From Takakia lepidozioides (lineage: Eukaryota; Plantae; Bryophyta): a stretch of 64,000 nt of DNA. A program made the translations under genes and the position numbers. How positions within the stretch are numbered: the stretch's first letter is position 1; the number at the start of each line of letters is the position of its first letter. The DNA is taken from contig CM060731.1 in the NCBI GenBank assembly GCA_030704615.1, positions 6,138,001 to 6,202,000 on the forward strand, given 5' to 3'. Shown here piece after piece: positions 1-11,197 of this stretch. The notes under the pieces were generated by a model. It searched no databases and was not told where the DNA came from. It saw nothing but the letters and a program-made list of their open reading frames with translations.

Positions 1-790
1 GTTATGCTTGAAAGAGATGCAGTCATTCGCAACGAGGACACCCGCAACCGTCTCAAAGCTTTCGAGTTGAGAGACTGTCAGACCCTACCTTTATTTTCTT
101 TAGTATTCAGTGAGCGAGAGATAGGGGAGTATTGCTTTGTCTCTACCTGGCAGAGAGAGGAGGAGGGTTGGTTAGAGCGAGCTACTGTAGCTTGGGATAA
201 GGTTAGTGGCAGGTTTTTGGACATAGATATACCTCCTACACCTTACCACCAAACAAGATCTAATCCTGATCTATGCTATCAACTGCCAGACTTCTCTCAA
301 AGTGCCTCGCTCTGCCTCTATTCTTCCCCTCCTTTTCTTTACTATTTTCATTACTTTGTACTTGTAGTTGCCAAAGCCTCTCTTGGTGGAGGCCAGTCAG
401 TCGGGCTGGGATATTCTGCAGGATCAGCACTGCAGATGGATTTTGGAGTGGGGGTGTTGATGTTTTGATTTCTTGTGTTTGGATCCCCCCCAACACCTGC
501 ATGCTTGACTGTGCGCCATGTTGGTTTTGTGTGGGCGCTTGCTTTCATAGGGGATTAGGCCGGATTTGATCACCGGTCAATCCTAGAGTAAACTGTCGGT
601 GGTGAGGCTGGAGTGATGACCAGCAAGACCACCAGTGTTTCTTCTATGATGAGACTGGGTTGATGACCAGCCAACCATAAGAGTTCTTGCGGTGGATGCA
701 GGTGCAGGTGCCCTTAGCCACTGGGATATGACCCTTAATCCGCAACAGGTGCTCACCCGTGTCACTATTAGAATTAGTACTAGAGCCTTA
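1..790 (+). repeat. Probable 3' part of a 5' LTR/leader of the gypsy element, ending in a degenerate tRNA-Met PBS-like motif
   Basis: Non-coding sequence directly upstream of pol. TAGTACTAGAGCC (about 775-787) resembles the canonical PBS TGGTATCAGAGCC with 3 mismatches. No second LTR copy could be matched in the window. Confidence 0.3.
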
Positions 791-799
791 TAGTGTCAC

Positions 800-3700
800 G
801 TGGGGGAGGTGCGGGTTGTGAGTGTCATCATGGAGTTACCCAAGGATTTTGAGGGGAGTACGGCTACAGGCAGTAGCAGTGCGAGTGGGTTCACCAGACG
901 AGGTGTTCGTTTCACACCACCTTCACCTCCACCCTCAACTAGTGCAGAGTCAGACACAAATTCGGAGGCTTCATCAACAGGTGTGCAGTTTCATTCGCCA
1001 TTGTTCACGGAGGATAACTGGGAGCCTGATGTTGGACCCATAGTCACCGGAGGAGAGAGACGACGTATACGACGATTCTTGAGGGCTTACAGGAACTGCT
1101 TTGCCTTCAGTTTGAAGGACTTAGGAGCACTGAAGGGTCAAGAGATTCGCATTGAATTGGCCACTGACACGCCAATCTTTCGGAGACCCTATAGATACAG
1201 TGACATGGAGAGGTCCTTGATTCAGATGAGGACTCAAGACCTCTGGGAGGCTGGTTTGGTGTGCTATCTGGTGGAGAGTATGCTTCAGCCACAGTGATGC
1301 CAGCCAAGAAGCATGTCTATGGCAATTGGACGGAGAGACGTATGTGCGGTGATTACCGGCCTGTAAATCGTCAGACCAAGTCCGATAGGTATGCCATGCC
1401 AACACCAGAGGAGATCTTTGATGCCATTGGGCATGCCAAGGTCTTTAGCACTTTGGATTTACGATCCGGATATCACCAGTTGTCGATCAAGGAGGCGGAT
1501 AAGCAGAAGACGACATTCTGGGGGATCAATGAGCACGGGAAGGATTGCCTATACCAGTGGCGGTTCTTACCATTTGGGCTTAAAATGCTCCTGCAGAGTT
1601 TCAGAGAGTCATGTACAGGATTCTAGCAGGGGTGGAGTTTGCTCGGTGCTACATAGATGACATCATTATCTTTAGTGCTACGGTGGAGGAGCATGAGAGC
1701 CACCTTCAGGTGGTATTTGAGCGCTTGAGGGCGCACGGATTGAAGTTACATCCGGGGAAGTGCAAGTTTTTCCACAACCAAATTGAGTATCTGGGTCACA
1801 TGATATATCCTGGAGGATTGGGAGTACAACAGACTAAGGTAGAGGCCATTCCACAGATTCCACGCCCCACGGATGTGAGCCGAGTTCGAGCTTTCATGGG
1901 GTTGGCAAACTATTATAGACGGTTTGTCAAGGGATTTAGTGCCATTGCAAAAGCTCTAATCAAGCTGACCAAGGTGGACCAGGAGTGGCAGTGGGAAGAT
2001 GAGCAAGAACGAGCTTTCCAAGAGCTCAAGGCGAGGTTGACCTCAACACCCATCTTGAGACGACCTATTAGAGGGCGTCATTTTCAGCTGCATACAAATT
2101 GGAGCATGCTGGGGCTTGGAGCGGTGCTCACACAGGTGGATGATGAGGGAAGAGAGTTCGTCGTGGTTTATGCTAGTCGCTTGAACAACGCTGCAAAGGC
2201 TAAGTATAGCTCATATGAGGGAGAGTGCTTAGCTGCAGTGTGGGCCGTGGCACACTTTAGGTGCTATCTATATGGCAATCTCTTCACCCTTGTCACGGAT
2301 CACCAGCCACTCAAGTGGTTGATGGAGTCAGACAAGCTTACGGGGAAGCTTACACGGTGGGCACTCATACTTCAAGAGTATGACTTTCAGGTTGTGCATC
2401 GACCGGGTTTGGTCAATCGGGATGCGGATGGGTTCAGTCACAATCCATGCACGAGCCAGCAGGATGACACTGGAGCTCGGTGGCATGGTGAGATAGACGA
2501 GGAGATGGTGCCTGGATGGCATGCATCTGCATTTCTGTGTATCTTGGCAGCGGAAGGCCAGGTTGGACCTACAACAGGGATGACTGTAGACCGAGTGTAT
2601 GAGGACCCTGAGGCTAGCAATGAGTAAGGTGGCGCCAAAGATATACATGAGGATTCAGCTGTAATGGACTATCTCCGCACTGGGGGCACGACAGCCACTG
2701 TGACTGCCAAGGAGAGGGATCGGATCCTACAACGAGCCAAGAGGTTCAAGTGGGAAGGGACACACCTACTCCGAGTGTGGGAAGATGGTCGAGTGAGGAT
2801 TGTGCCTCACCCAACCCAGCGGGCACGGTTAGTGCGGCATGCCCATGAGGAGTTGGGGCATTTTGGGGTGCGACGCACTCATAGTCTACTTCAGGGGTAG
2901 TATTGGTGGCGTGGTATACACACAGAGGTGCAACAATTTGTGGCTAGGTGCATGGTGTGTGACAGGGTGCGTGCTTCATTCAACGCCCCTACTCCACAAT
3001 TGCACCCTCTTCCGATCATGGGATTGGGCTACGGGTGGAGTCTTGACTTCGCAGGGCCGTTGCCACTGACCATGCGCCACAACAAGTACGTGTTGGTGAT
3101 GGTGGAGCACTTCTCCAAGTGGATTGAGTTGGTTCCATTGCCTGATAAGGCTAGTGAGGGAGCTGCGTATGCATTCTTAGATTGTGTACTTAGCCGATTC
3201 GGTGCTCCAGCTGAGGTACTCACGGACCAAGAGAGAGAGTTCTTGGGTGAGTTTCAGGCTTTGTGTGACCAGGCCTTGGTAGACCACCGCACCACTTCTC
3301 GGGATCATCCTGAGGCCGATGGCTTGGCAGAGAGGGTTGTTCAGACAGTAAAGAGGGATTTGCGCAATTATGGCTTGCACCACCACTGTTGTATAACGCC
3401 ATCTTGAATGAAGCAGGTTTAAGGTAAGAAAAATTTAAAAATTCACATACCTAGGGAGATTGGGACCTTTAGTTACCCTGATTAGCCATGGGCTACAGGT
3501 TCAGCAAGCAAGCATCACTTGCCTCCTTCTCACCATACTTTCTTCTCTTTGGCCGAGAGCCGGATTTGCCTGCATCCATTCATAGAGAAGCTGCTACAGT
3601 TCTCAACCTTGACAATCCGGACATGTGGGCACGTGCATGTGATCAGCGTGCAGAGTTGTTCAAGAAAGTCATGCCCATGGCTTTCGAGAACCTTGCCATT

Positions 3701-4147
3701 GCACAACATCGTGATACGTTGAGGTATGCTACCATACGTGGTGGGGGCTATCGTCCTGGGATCCGGAGATTTAACCCTGGTGACTATGTTTATCTGCAGC
3801 AGACTGCTCCTACGACCTTGGATGTGACTGCAGGACTTACTATTTTGAGGGTTCAAGAGGTGTTGCCCTCAGGAGTCCTGATCTTGGAGGGTCGGGTTGG
3901 CATGATTTGGAAGGACCATGTGCGTAATTGCGCGCCATGTCACCTTCCAAATGTTGATGGAAGGGTTGACCCAAACCTGGCAGTGGTACTTGCAAGTTTG
4001 AGGTGCATGTTGTGTGGGTCTGCTAGAGGGGCAGCCACCATGCTGGTGTGTGATCAATGCTCTAGAGGTTGGCATATGGGATGCTTGACTCCACCTCTTG
4101 AGATGGTTCCTGATGGGGATTGGTTATGTCCGCATTGCATTAGATAG
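800..4147 (+). pseudogene. Ty3/gypsy pol (RT - RNase H - integrase - C-terminal PHD finger), disrupted; gag and protease not seen
   Basis: RT motifs RMCGDYRPVN, LDLRSGYHQ, PFGL and YIDD; RNase H YSSYEGECLAAVWA and VTDHQPL; integrase Zn-binding HEELGHFG...CMVC; core SLDF, VLTDQ and ERVVQT; PHD C4HC3. Domain order RT-RH-INT indicates gypsy. Frameshifts near 1260 and 1590 and premature stops near 2625, 2898, 3470 and 3480. Purine tract AGGGGGG near 4394. Confidence 0.93.
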
Positions 4148-5116
4148 TGAGAGTGGATACAACCATGGAAGGCTAACAAGAAATGCAAGGCCAAGCTACT
4201 AGGAGACCAACACACGAGATCTTGGCTCAAGTTCACAGATTGCAAGACGGCGACTAACGATGGGGTTGCTCTTGTACCCGGTTTCTTGGTCTATAAAGTT
4301 TGAGTACAATAGGGACAGTGATAGAGGACTTAGTACGGCTGTGGCTATTACATCTTGTAGCTATCTGGAGTTAGAGGGACCTAACCACCAGCTAGGGGGG
4401 CGATTATGGCAGACTACTTTATTGTGCATATATGTGTGGTGTGGTTTGGACAGCGATATAGTTGTGTAGCGATACGTATGCGCACGACATGCAAATGAGG
4501 GAATAAAATGTGTTTTGGATGCAGACGATGTCTATTCATGGTGATATTTTGCATGCAACTCTTCATGTTGTTATCAAGCATATGGCTTCAGAATGGAATT
4601 AAAAACAATTCATGTGCAGGCGAAAGTTGTTTATCCGAATTTGAATAACCGATTCAAACAACTTTGTTAAAGTTCAACTTTAGTCCATATGTGCTTAAGT
4701 ACGTACTTATCACGTACACAAAGTTGCAAAGCAAAGAAATAATCATTTGCCCCCCGAACGACTCGTTAAACCTTTCAACCAATTTTCAATCATGAATCAT
4801 TTAATAGGGGAACTATTGGTTCACCTTTAGAACCATTTTAGATTGACCTCATACTTGTCCGGTAACTTAAAGAGGGCATGTACAACACACTCTTAAAGTT
4901 TCAAATCAATCTAAAATCATTTGGTAGGGGAACGATTGGTTCACCCATTGACCCGGTGTACACTGTCACTCTTCAAGATTCGTGGGTGTGGTGCTTGATT
5001 ATCCCATATGATGGACCCAGGTGCCATGGCCAAGCAACAAACCATTAAAACATTATGGTACGAGACAAACACAATTGAAAACAACATTTATTCAAACATG
5101 ATGTATAGTCAGAGGT

Positions 5117-6836
5117 CTACAAGTTTCTATCCATCCTCCAACAATTTTTGGGCTCAGGCCAATTGAATAGCCCCATCATGAAACGCTTCACAACATTTTC
5201 TAGTTTGTACCGGAACTCTACTGTGTCTACACACAAGTTTTCCAGAGCGGAAGAAAAACAGGTTCCAGTAGACATATCGTTGAACAGACTTGCATCGAAC
5301 GTGTTACCCCCATTTATTGCCTCGGCTATCTTCCCAATTGCAAAGGTCTCTGATGGCACAGTTAGAGGGGGCCTATGAGGTGTGCCATCTGACTGGTTGT
5401 TGGCTACATTATGAACAATTGTAATTTCAAGTGCAATCCACCATCTATGTGCGAGAGTCTTAATCATCTTGTCTCTGCTCTCGAAAATGTACAACGTGGT
5501 TTTTGGGTCATCCGTCGTGGAGGCCATCCCCCTATCGCATACCCCGATGTACACATCTTCATACTCTTGTGGAAAATGCAACAAGATGTTTGTCGGGGGA
5601 CATGTCGTTGTGCAAGAGGTGGTGATTATGGACGTTGAGCATGATGTGCAAAAGCGCCCATGCCAATTAGGTGCGATTCTGTCGGAATCAAACCAGTCGG
5701 TCGACCTCCTGCATTTCCTGCTCCGTCCCCCGTCGTTCCATTAACTCCCTGTTATCCCGATCATTCTCCCATTTCCTGTCAATACTCAACCATGATCGTA
5801 TGGTCCCCCATCCCACCAATATGTGTAACCTTCATTTCGACGTGGATGCAACGCAAAATACTTTATGATGCCGAAATGATGGAACTTTACAGCCAACGCC
5901 TCATTGTTATGTTGGACTTTGGCAAGCTCAGCATTTGTTTTCCCTGGGCGTTTTCCCTGCTAGCTCCCAAGATGGAGGAATGAATTGATCCCCAACAATT
6001 CTAACCCTCCGAATTGTACCATACCCTCCATGTTTGGGCGCGTCGAGTTGTTGTACCTGTGCGTTTGTGGATATGTATCTCACGTTCAATGTCGCATCCG
6101 CGGACGAGGACCCTGCCTTCCATGGGAGTGGTTTTGTACGTCGTTTAGCGTGGGCCTTTACCACGTCAGACCACCAATCCACAAGCACAAACAACTCCTC
6201 CTCCGAAGTTGGCATGTGACCTTCAGCTACAGGTGTTCTCGTAACAATTTTGTCCATGGTTTGCCTCAGATTCCATGTGGCATCATGGGCCCGGTCCTCC
6301 ATCCATTTTGTGAACTGGAACTTCCCCCTGTCCTCCTCCCATTCATCCCCGGCCAAAGCCTCCCTCATTCTCATCTCCATATTGTGCTGGAATCTAAGGA
6401 ACCCCTCATTCCCATGTCGGACATACAAAAGATTCAAACGCATTATGTCATTGTCCTTCAAATAATCCAGCACTACTTGCTTCACCACCTTCGCGGCCTC
6501 TGCGCTTGGATAGTCTTTTTTGTTGACCTAACTATCCCGTTCATGTGCATGTTTACACTTCCTACCTTGACGCCCACTTCCCGAGGAACCCCTTGACACT
6601 GCGTTCGAAGCAACGTTTCTGGACATGATGAAAGTACTCTGTGGAATAGACGCGGCTTCGTAACGGAAAACTAAACCCAGACTATTGATAACCTTATATA
6701 CTAGCAGACCAATTTCCTCACCCTCTATTGGTATAGTACCCAAAACAAACTCTCTCGCAGTCCCAGGGAAAAAAGGAAAAAACTCCTCCCCCACACAAAT
6801 CCACTTTCTCCCCTCCCCACGCTCAGTCCTGGCCAC
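5117..6836 (-). pseudogene. Divergent protein kinase, disrupted by stops and frameshifts
   Basis: Joining minus-strand frames gives the Gly-loop HGGYGTIRRV, Lys in LAGK, helix-C Glu NNEALAV, catalytic loop LLHNDMSPD(N)(I)LLHF and DFG-equivalent IGVCDRGMAS. ORFs 6528-6836 and 5928-6488 share a frame, separated by one stop. Confidence 0.8.
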
Positions 6837-6915
6837 CGAAGTTCAAACTCCAAAAAGCCCCAGAACCGCACTCACAGAGAGGGAAAAAAATGGGTTGGGA
6901 ATGAGGGGTAGGCCC

Positions 6916-7054
6916 TTATATACTGCCTCGAGAGGCCTGGCGTGCGACCGCCTCTGCTGCCCATTCACGCCTCGCCACGTGTCCAGGGAGCGGTCGCACC
7001 TAATAACAAAAAAGAAAAAGTCTGCGACCACCACCGCGCGTCAACGCCACGTCA
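6916..7054 (-). promoter_or_regulatory. Putative Pol II promoter between the divergent kinase and MTase-like genes
   Basis: TATATAA on the minus strand (6916-6922) about 80 nt upstream of the kinase ORF, followed by a pyrimidine-rich leader. ACGT-core boxes GCCACGTGTC (6974) and GCCACGTCA (7046). Confidence 0.4.
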
Positions 7055-7230
7055 CGTCCAAATTTCCAACTAGGTTTGAGAATTTAGCCAAGCAACGGTG
7101 GGTATTGTGGCGCCGAAATATCCCTCTGCAAGATGTGAATGCTGGGTAATTAGGGCACGCTCCATTGCGTATTTTGGTGCCGAAATACCTTCTGCATTCA
7201 GAACTTCTTCTTGCATGATGCATCAGTAGC

Positions 7231-9891
7231 ATGATTTTTGTTGAACTGGCTCGTGATTGCAGGTACATAAATTTTGCTCTCATTCCGTCCAGAGCCATTC
7301 AAAGGGTTCCACCATTCTTCCTGGCGTGGAGGACACCTGGAGGTCGTGGTACGATGTACACAGAAGTAATGGCGAAGGAGTGGCATGCCGAACATTTGGT
7401 AGACTGTCCCTGGTATGTGGATCTCCCAAGTGGGACCGTTGACCTCTCGGAGGTTAACTTGAAGAAGGAAGCGAATGCCCAGGATATGAAGGCGCATTTG
7501 TATCCCCAACCAAAGGACGCGGAAAAACTGAAAGCAGAGGAGGCAGCAAAGCAAAAAGTACTGAGAAAGTCAGCCAAGGCGGCAGCGTTGGCGAAGGAGC
7601 AGATGGAGAAGCAGACAGCTGAGCAGCCCAAGGATAGGAAGAAAAGAACGTGCAAACAGGGGCAAGAGACGAAGAGCCCCACACCCAAGAAGAAGAAGAA
7701 GCAGCAAGATAGTCAACCAGATGACGAGGATTCCGACGACGATTTCCAGCAGGATAACACCCAAGGGGCCACACCTCGTCCGAAAATTCACAAGGGCCAG
7801 CGCTCTGGGGGTTCAGCTGCAAAGAGATCACTATACGAGGATGCACCTGGTAGACCCTACCGTGCGGTGCACATTGCGGGCAGGGAAGTCCTCAAAACAC
7901 CCACAATTGTGGAGTGTGTTAATGAAAATTTCCTAACTGCTCTGACCAGAAGGCTGGAGAAAACGAGATTGAGGAAGGCGATCGAGGCCCACCAGGGGAA
8001 GGGGAAGATGAAGGCCATTGGCAATGATATCGAGGACACTCTCGGCTACACAAAGATGATGGAGTATTTTGTGGCGATGAGCCACGACAAAAAGAGCACA
8101 GTCGAGGGCAGGGCGGTGAAAGCCTCCATCGACATGATCCTTGTGGATATCTCGGATTGGCAGGAGATACTGGGGCTGGGCTCACTACCGTGGTGGAACA
8201 AGTACGACGAAAGATACTGGAGCCACACATTCGGGTTCGCAGCCAACATGTTGGACGACGACGACTGTGTTGTTGTGCTAGCAGCCGATGGAGAAGTCAC
8301 TGAGAATGATATCAAAATATGGATGGGGAGAGTGCAGCACCCATCCTAAAGAAGATCTGGACTTGCATCAACACGCAGGGTCGTGTCAACGATGGTCAGA
8401 AGGTATGCTGCGGTTTTCCTCTGTTCTGCCAATTTCTGCGCCGAAATTGCCCATGTACCTCTAGGCCACCTCTCACATTCTTTTTCCTTCTTTGCATACT
8501 CTTATCTTTCAGGCATTCTGCTTCGAGAAGGAACATTCAAAATTCAAATTACGTCAAGCAGGCAGACTTGTTGATTCCACAGTTGATCCACTGGAGTATA
8601 ATGTCATGTTCAACCATGTGGGAGAGAAGGACATGCTTTGTGATTTGTCGGGCAAGCCTTGGAGGTATGGCAGGACCAGGAGTCCTGCATTCATCCAGAC
8701 GCTCATGGAAACGTGTACGGATGTTGAAGGCAGGTCTTTGACGTCACTCCTAATACAGGTGAGAGCGTTCAGTGATTGCGGCACCAAAATTGACACCGTT
8801 TCCGATTGTCAGGTGAAGTGCTTGCCAAGGATCGTTGATGGTGATGTCGTGTATGAGCTTCCACCAACATCAAACACATCCCCAGCAGGTCAACTCGAAG
8901 GCATGGACCGCAAGTACGACGGTAATCCATGGGCCACCACGAAGACAACGAACTTAAAGCTTCCTATAATTGGCACGCTTGCGCGGGGAAGCGAGTCATT
9001 CTTGACTTTGGCTTTGGTTGTGTCGTATGAATTCGCAGGTGCCTGTATGTGGGCAAGAAGGATATCCAACCGATTTGTGTTCTCAATTTTGAGGGGGATA
9101 CGGCCTTGTACGATTTCAATTTGGCGGGCCTACAACGTTTGCCTCCTACTGAGGATCCCAACAATGCAGAACATGACGTGGAAGGGGAGGATGAAGAGGA
9201 GGAGGAGGAAGTCCAGGAAATTCGTCTGATGCAGGGGCGCCCGAAGCCGCTTCCTGCAATGCCTATCTTCGAGTGAGTTGCACCATAGTAAGTGTATTGG
9301 TTTCAGTTGTAGGGACCATGCATCCTGCTGATGATTCCCTGTTTGAATGTTCTAATGTGCTTCATTATCTATTTGTGCATACACTCAGCCTTGCAGAGTC
9401 GTCCGACGAGGAAATGCTGGGAGACTTGCCCGAATCGGACCCTGTTGCAGAGGAGGAGACAAAATCGCATCGGCCATTCTTTGCCAGAAAATCGTTTCTT
9501 GCAAGTCCCTAGAAGCCCTTTTTTTTTACCACCCTATGCAGACACGGCTGCCAGAGAAGCCATCAGGAGGGAGGATAGGCCTACTCGGTTCGAACAATTG
9601 ATATTCGGGAAGGAGAAGAGAATTATAATGAGGCGTGAGGCCAAACATGGAATTGTGAAAGGCAGAGTAGGCAAGTTCGTCATAGAATCCGCGTCTGAGA
9701 GCGAGGGGGATGATGAGGACAGTTCCGCACCCAGGTGGACAGTTCCAGCTGGTGAGGATGGTATTTTTGAGGGGAGGGCTTCTCAGAGTAACAACGGTAG
9801 CAGCAGTGCAGGTTCGGAGGCAGGTGGAAGGCAGCCATCCTTGCATGAGGCCGGGGATGCATTGGACAGTGATCGCGGATCCTCGCCATAG
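7231..9891 (+). pseudogene. Spliced gene encoding a Lys/acidic low-complexity N-terminus and a beta-class amino (N6A/N4C) DNA-methyltransferase-like domain; frameshifted
   Basis: GT-AG introns at about 8403-8512, 8759-9038 and 9273-9396. Motifs in beta order: SIDMILVDIS (cf. SIDLIxxDPPY), FAANMLDDDDCVVVL (cf. LKxxGxxxV), RSPAFIQTLMETCT (cf. KPxxLxxxxI), VFDVTPNT|GACMWARRISNRFV..EGD (cf. VLDPFxGSGTTxxAAxxxxRxxxGxE). Frameshifts near 8330, 8732 and 9085. Confidence 0.6.
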
Positions 9892-10138
9892 AAAAGTCTC
9901 ATTCGGATCCTTCTGTTGTACAGTTCTGAATCACTTAATGAAAATATTGACGATTTTTGAAATCATTGTGTGCAGACTGTGCATGCCCGATTCCCAACAT
10001 TTCTTCCGCAAACCACAATGTAATAATAAAAACAGAAGAGACGCAAAGTAAAGTAAAGAACCCTACAAATAATTTATACACACCAGCGAACCGCGAACTA
10101 GAAGCCATGAAAACACTGCCGTTTCTAACATTCATATT

Positions 10139-10425
10139 GGGAATTTCGGCGCCGAAATAGCCTAGTGTGCGCCTTCATAATATGGGCCTTATAAAATTCC
10201 ACGTAGGAATTATTGCACCGAAATAGCACGATGGAAGCCTTCAGCACAAGGCACTTCAGCACATTCCACTTGGGTATTTCGGCGCCGAAATAGCCCGCTC
10301 TGCGCCATGAAATACGCCAGTATAATACATTTCAAAAGGGAATTTCGGCGCGGAAATACCCTGGTGGAAGTCTTCAAAACACCACTTTAGCACACTGCTC
10401 TTGGGAATTTCGGCGCCGAAATACC
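10139..10425. repeat. Array of five palindromic ATTTCGGCGCCGAAAT cores at 65-67 bp spacing
   Basis: Cores start at 10143, 10209, 10276, 10342 and 10407. Further copies at 7104 and 7171 (67 bp apart) and at 11632. Confidence 0.9.
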
Positions 10426-10756
10426 AAGGTCGGTGGTTTTAGGACGACGGTGGTTTTAGCACAATTTCTTCCCGTAATGTCGTGGCACCTTCTCTATCTA
10501 GCCCCTTCTAGCACCAGTCATTTTTTATCGCCTATGTGGATAGCCGTTGCCGGCCAATGGGGGCACGTATTGCCGTTGCCCCAGAGAAGATCACGTGAGA
10601 GGGTGTTCCGCAGTGGGTTTTCAATGTTTGCATCTCCGTGTTGAAACACTACAGTGATTACTTGTCCCTCTCCATTCCCGGTGGGCGCACACTTCCTCAA
10701 TGCCGCCCTGTGTAAATGCCTTCTGCATTCGACGGAGCGGGATTCGAGGTTCGTGA

Positions 10757-11197
10757 TTGCGTGAGCCGGTGATGGGAGACATTATGGTGGAGTTGGACTT
10801 CAGTGAAGGTACACGCAGGGTGACGAGTTTCCGAGTACTTCTGTGGGATTCTCTTTGGGTGAGGCCTGCCAATGGACAACAATGGATACTTGTTGTGCGA
10901 GATAGACCTAGAAGACGGAGTGTTCGTCTCTTCATCATGAGATGTTGTTGTGGCAAGTTCTGGAGGTCTTACTACCATAACTATACTGCACCTCCACAGT
11001 ATTTGCTCCCGGATAGGGCTCTTGAGTTGCTCATTCACTCTTCTGGGCCAGGGAATATATTGTTGACACTAAGGGAGAATCGGAACAGGTTTGTCCTGGA
11101 TGTTTGCGAATTTCACGACGGAACATGTTTTCACAAACTTGACCTCTATAGATATCTTGTATCTTTATGTGCGCCATCTCAATCCAGAAAACGGTAA
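10757..11197 (+). CDS. Hypothetical protein (146 aa), unknown function
   Basis: Protein-like composition with several Trp/Cys; no family recognised; non-ATG start in the ORF track. Confidence 0.25.
   Translation: MREPVMGDIMVELDFSEGTRRVTSFRVLLWDSLWVRPANGQQWILVVRDRPRRRSVRLFIMRCCCGKFWRSYYHNYTAPPQYLLPDRALELLIHSSGPGNILLTLRENRNRFVLDVCEFHDGTCFHKLDLYRYLVSLCAPSQSRKR

Noticed and set aside
10139-10425. True CRISPR array
   Set aside because: Eukaryotic context, no cas genes, short degenerate repeats, and spacers related to each other (1~3, 2~4). Kept as a palindrome array.
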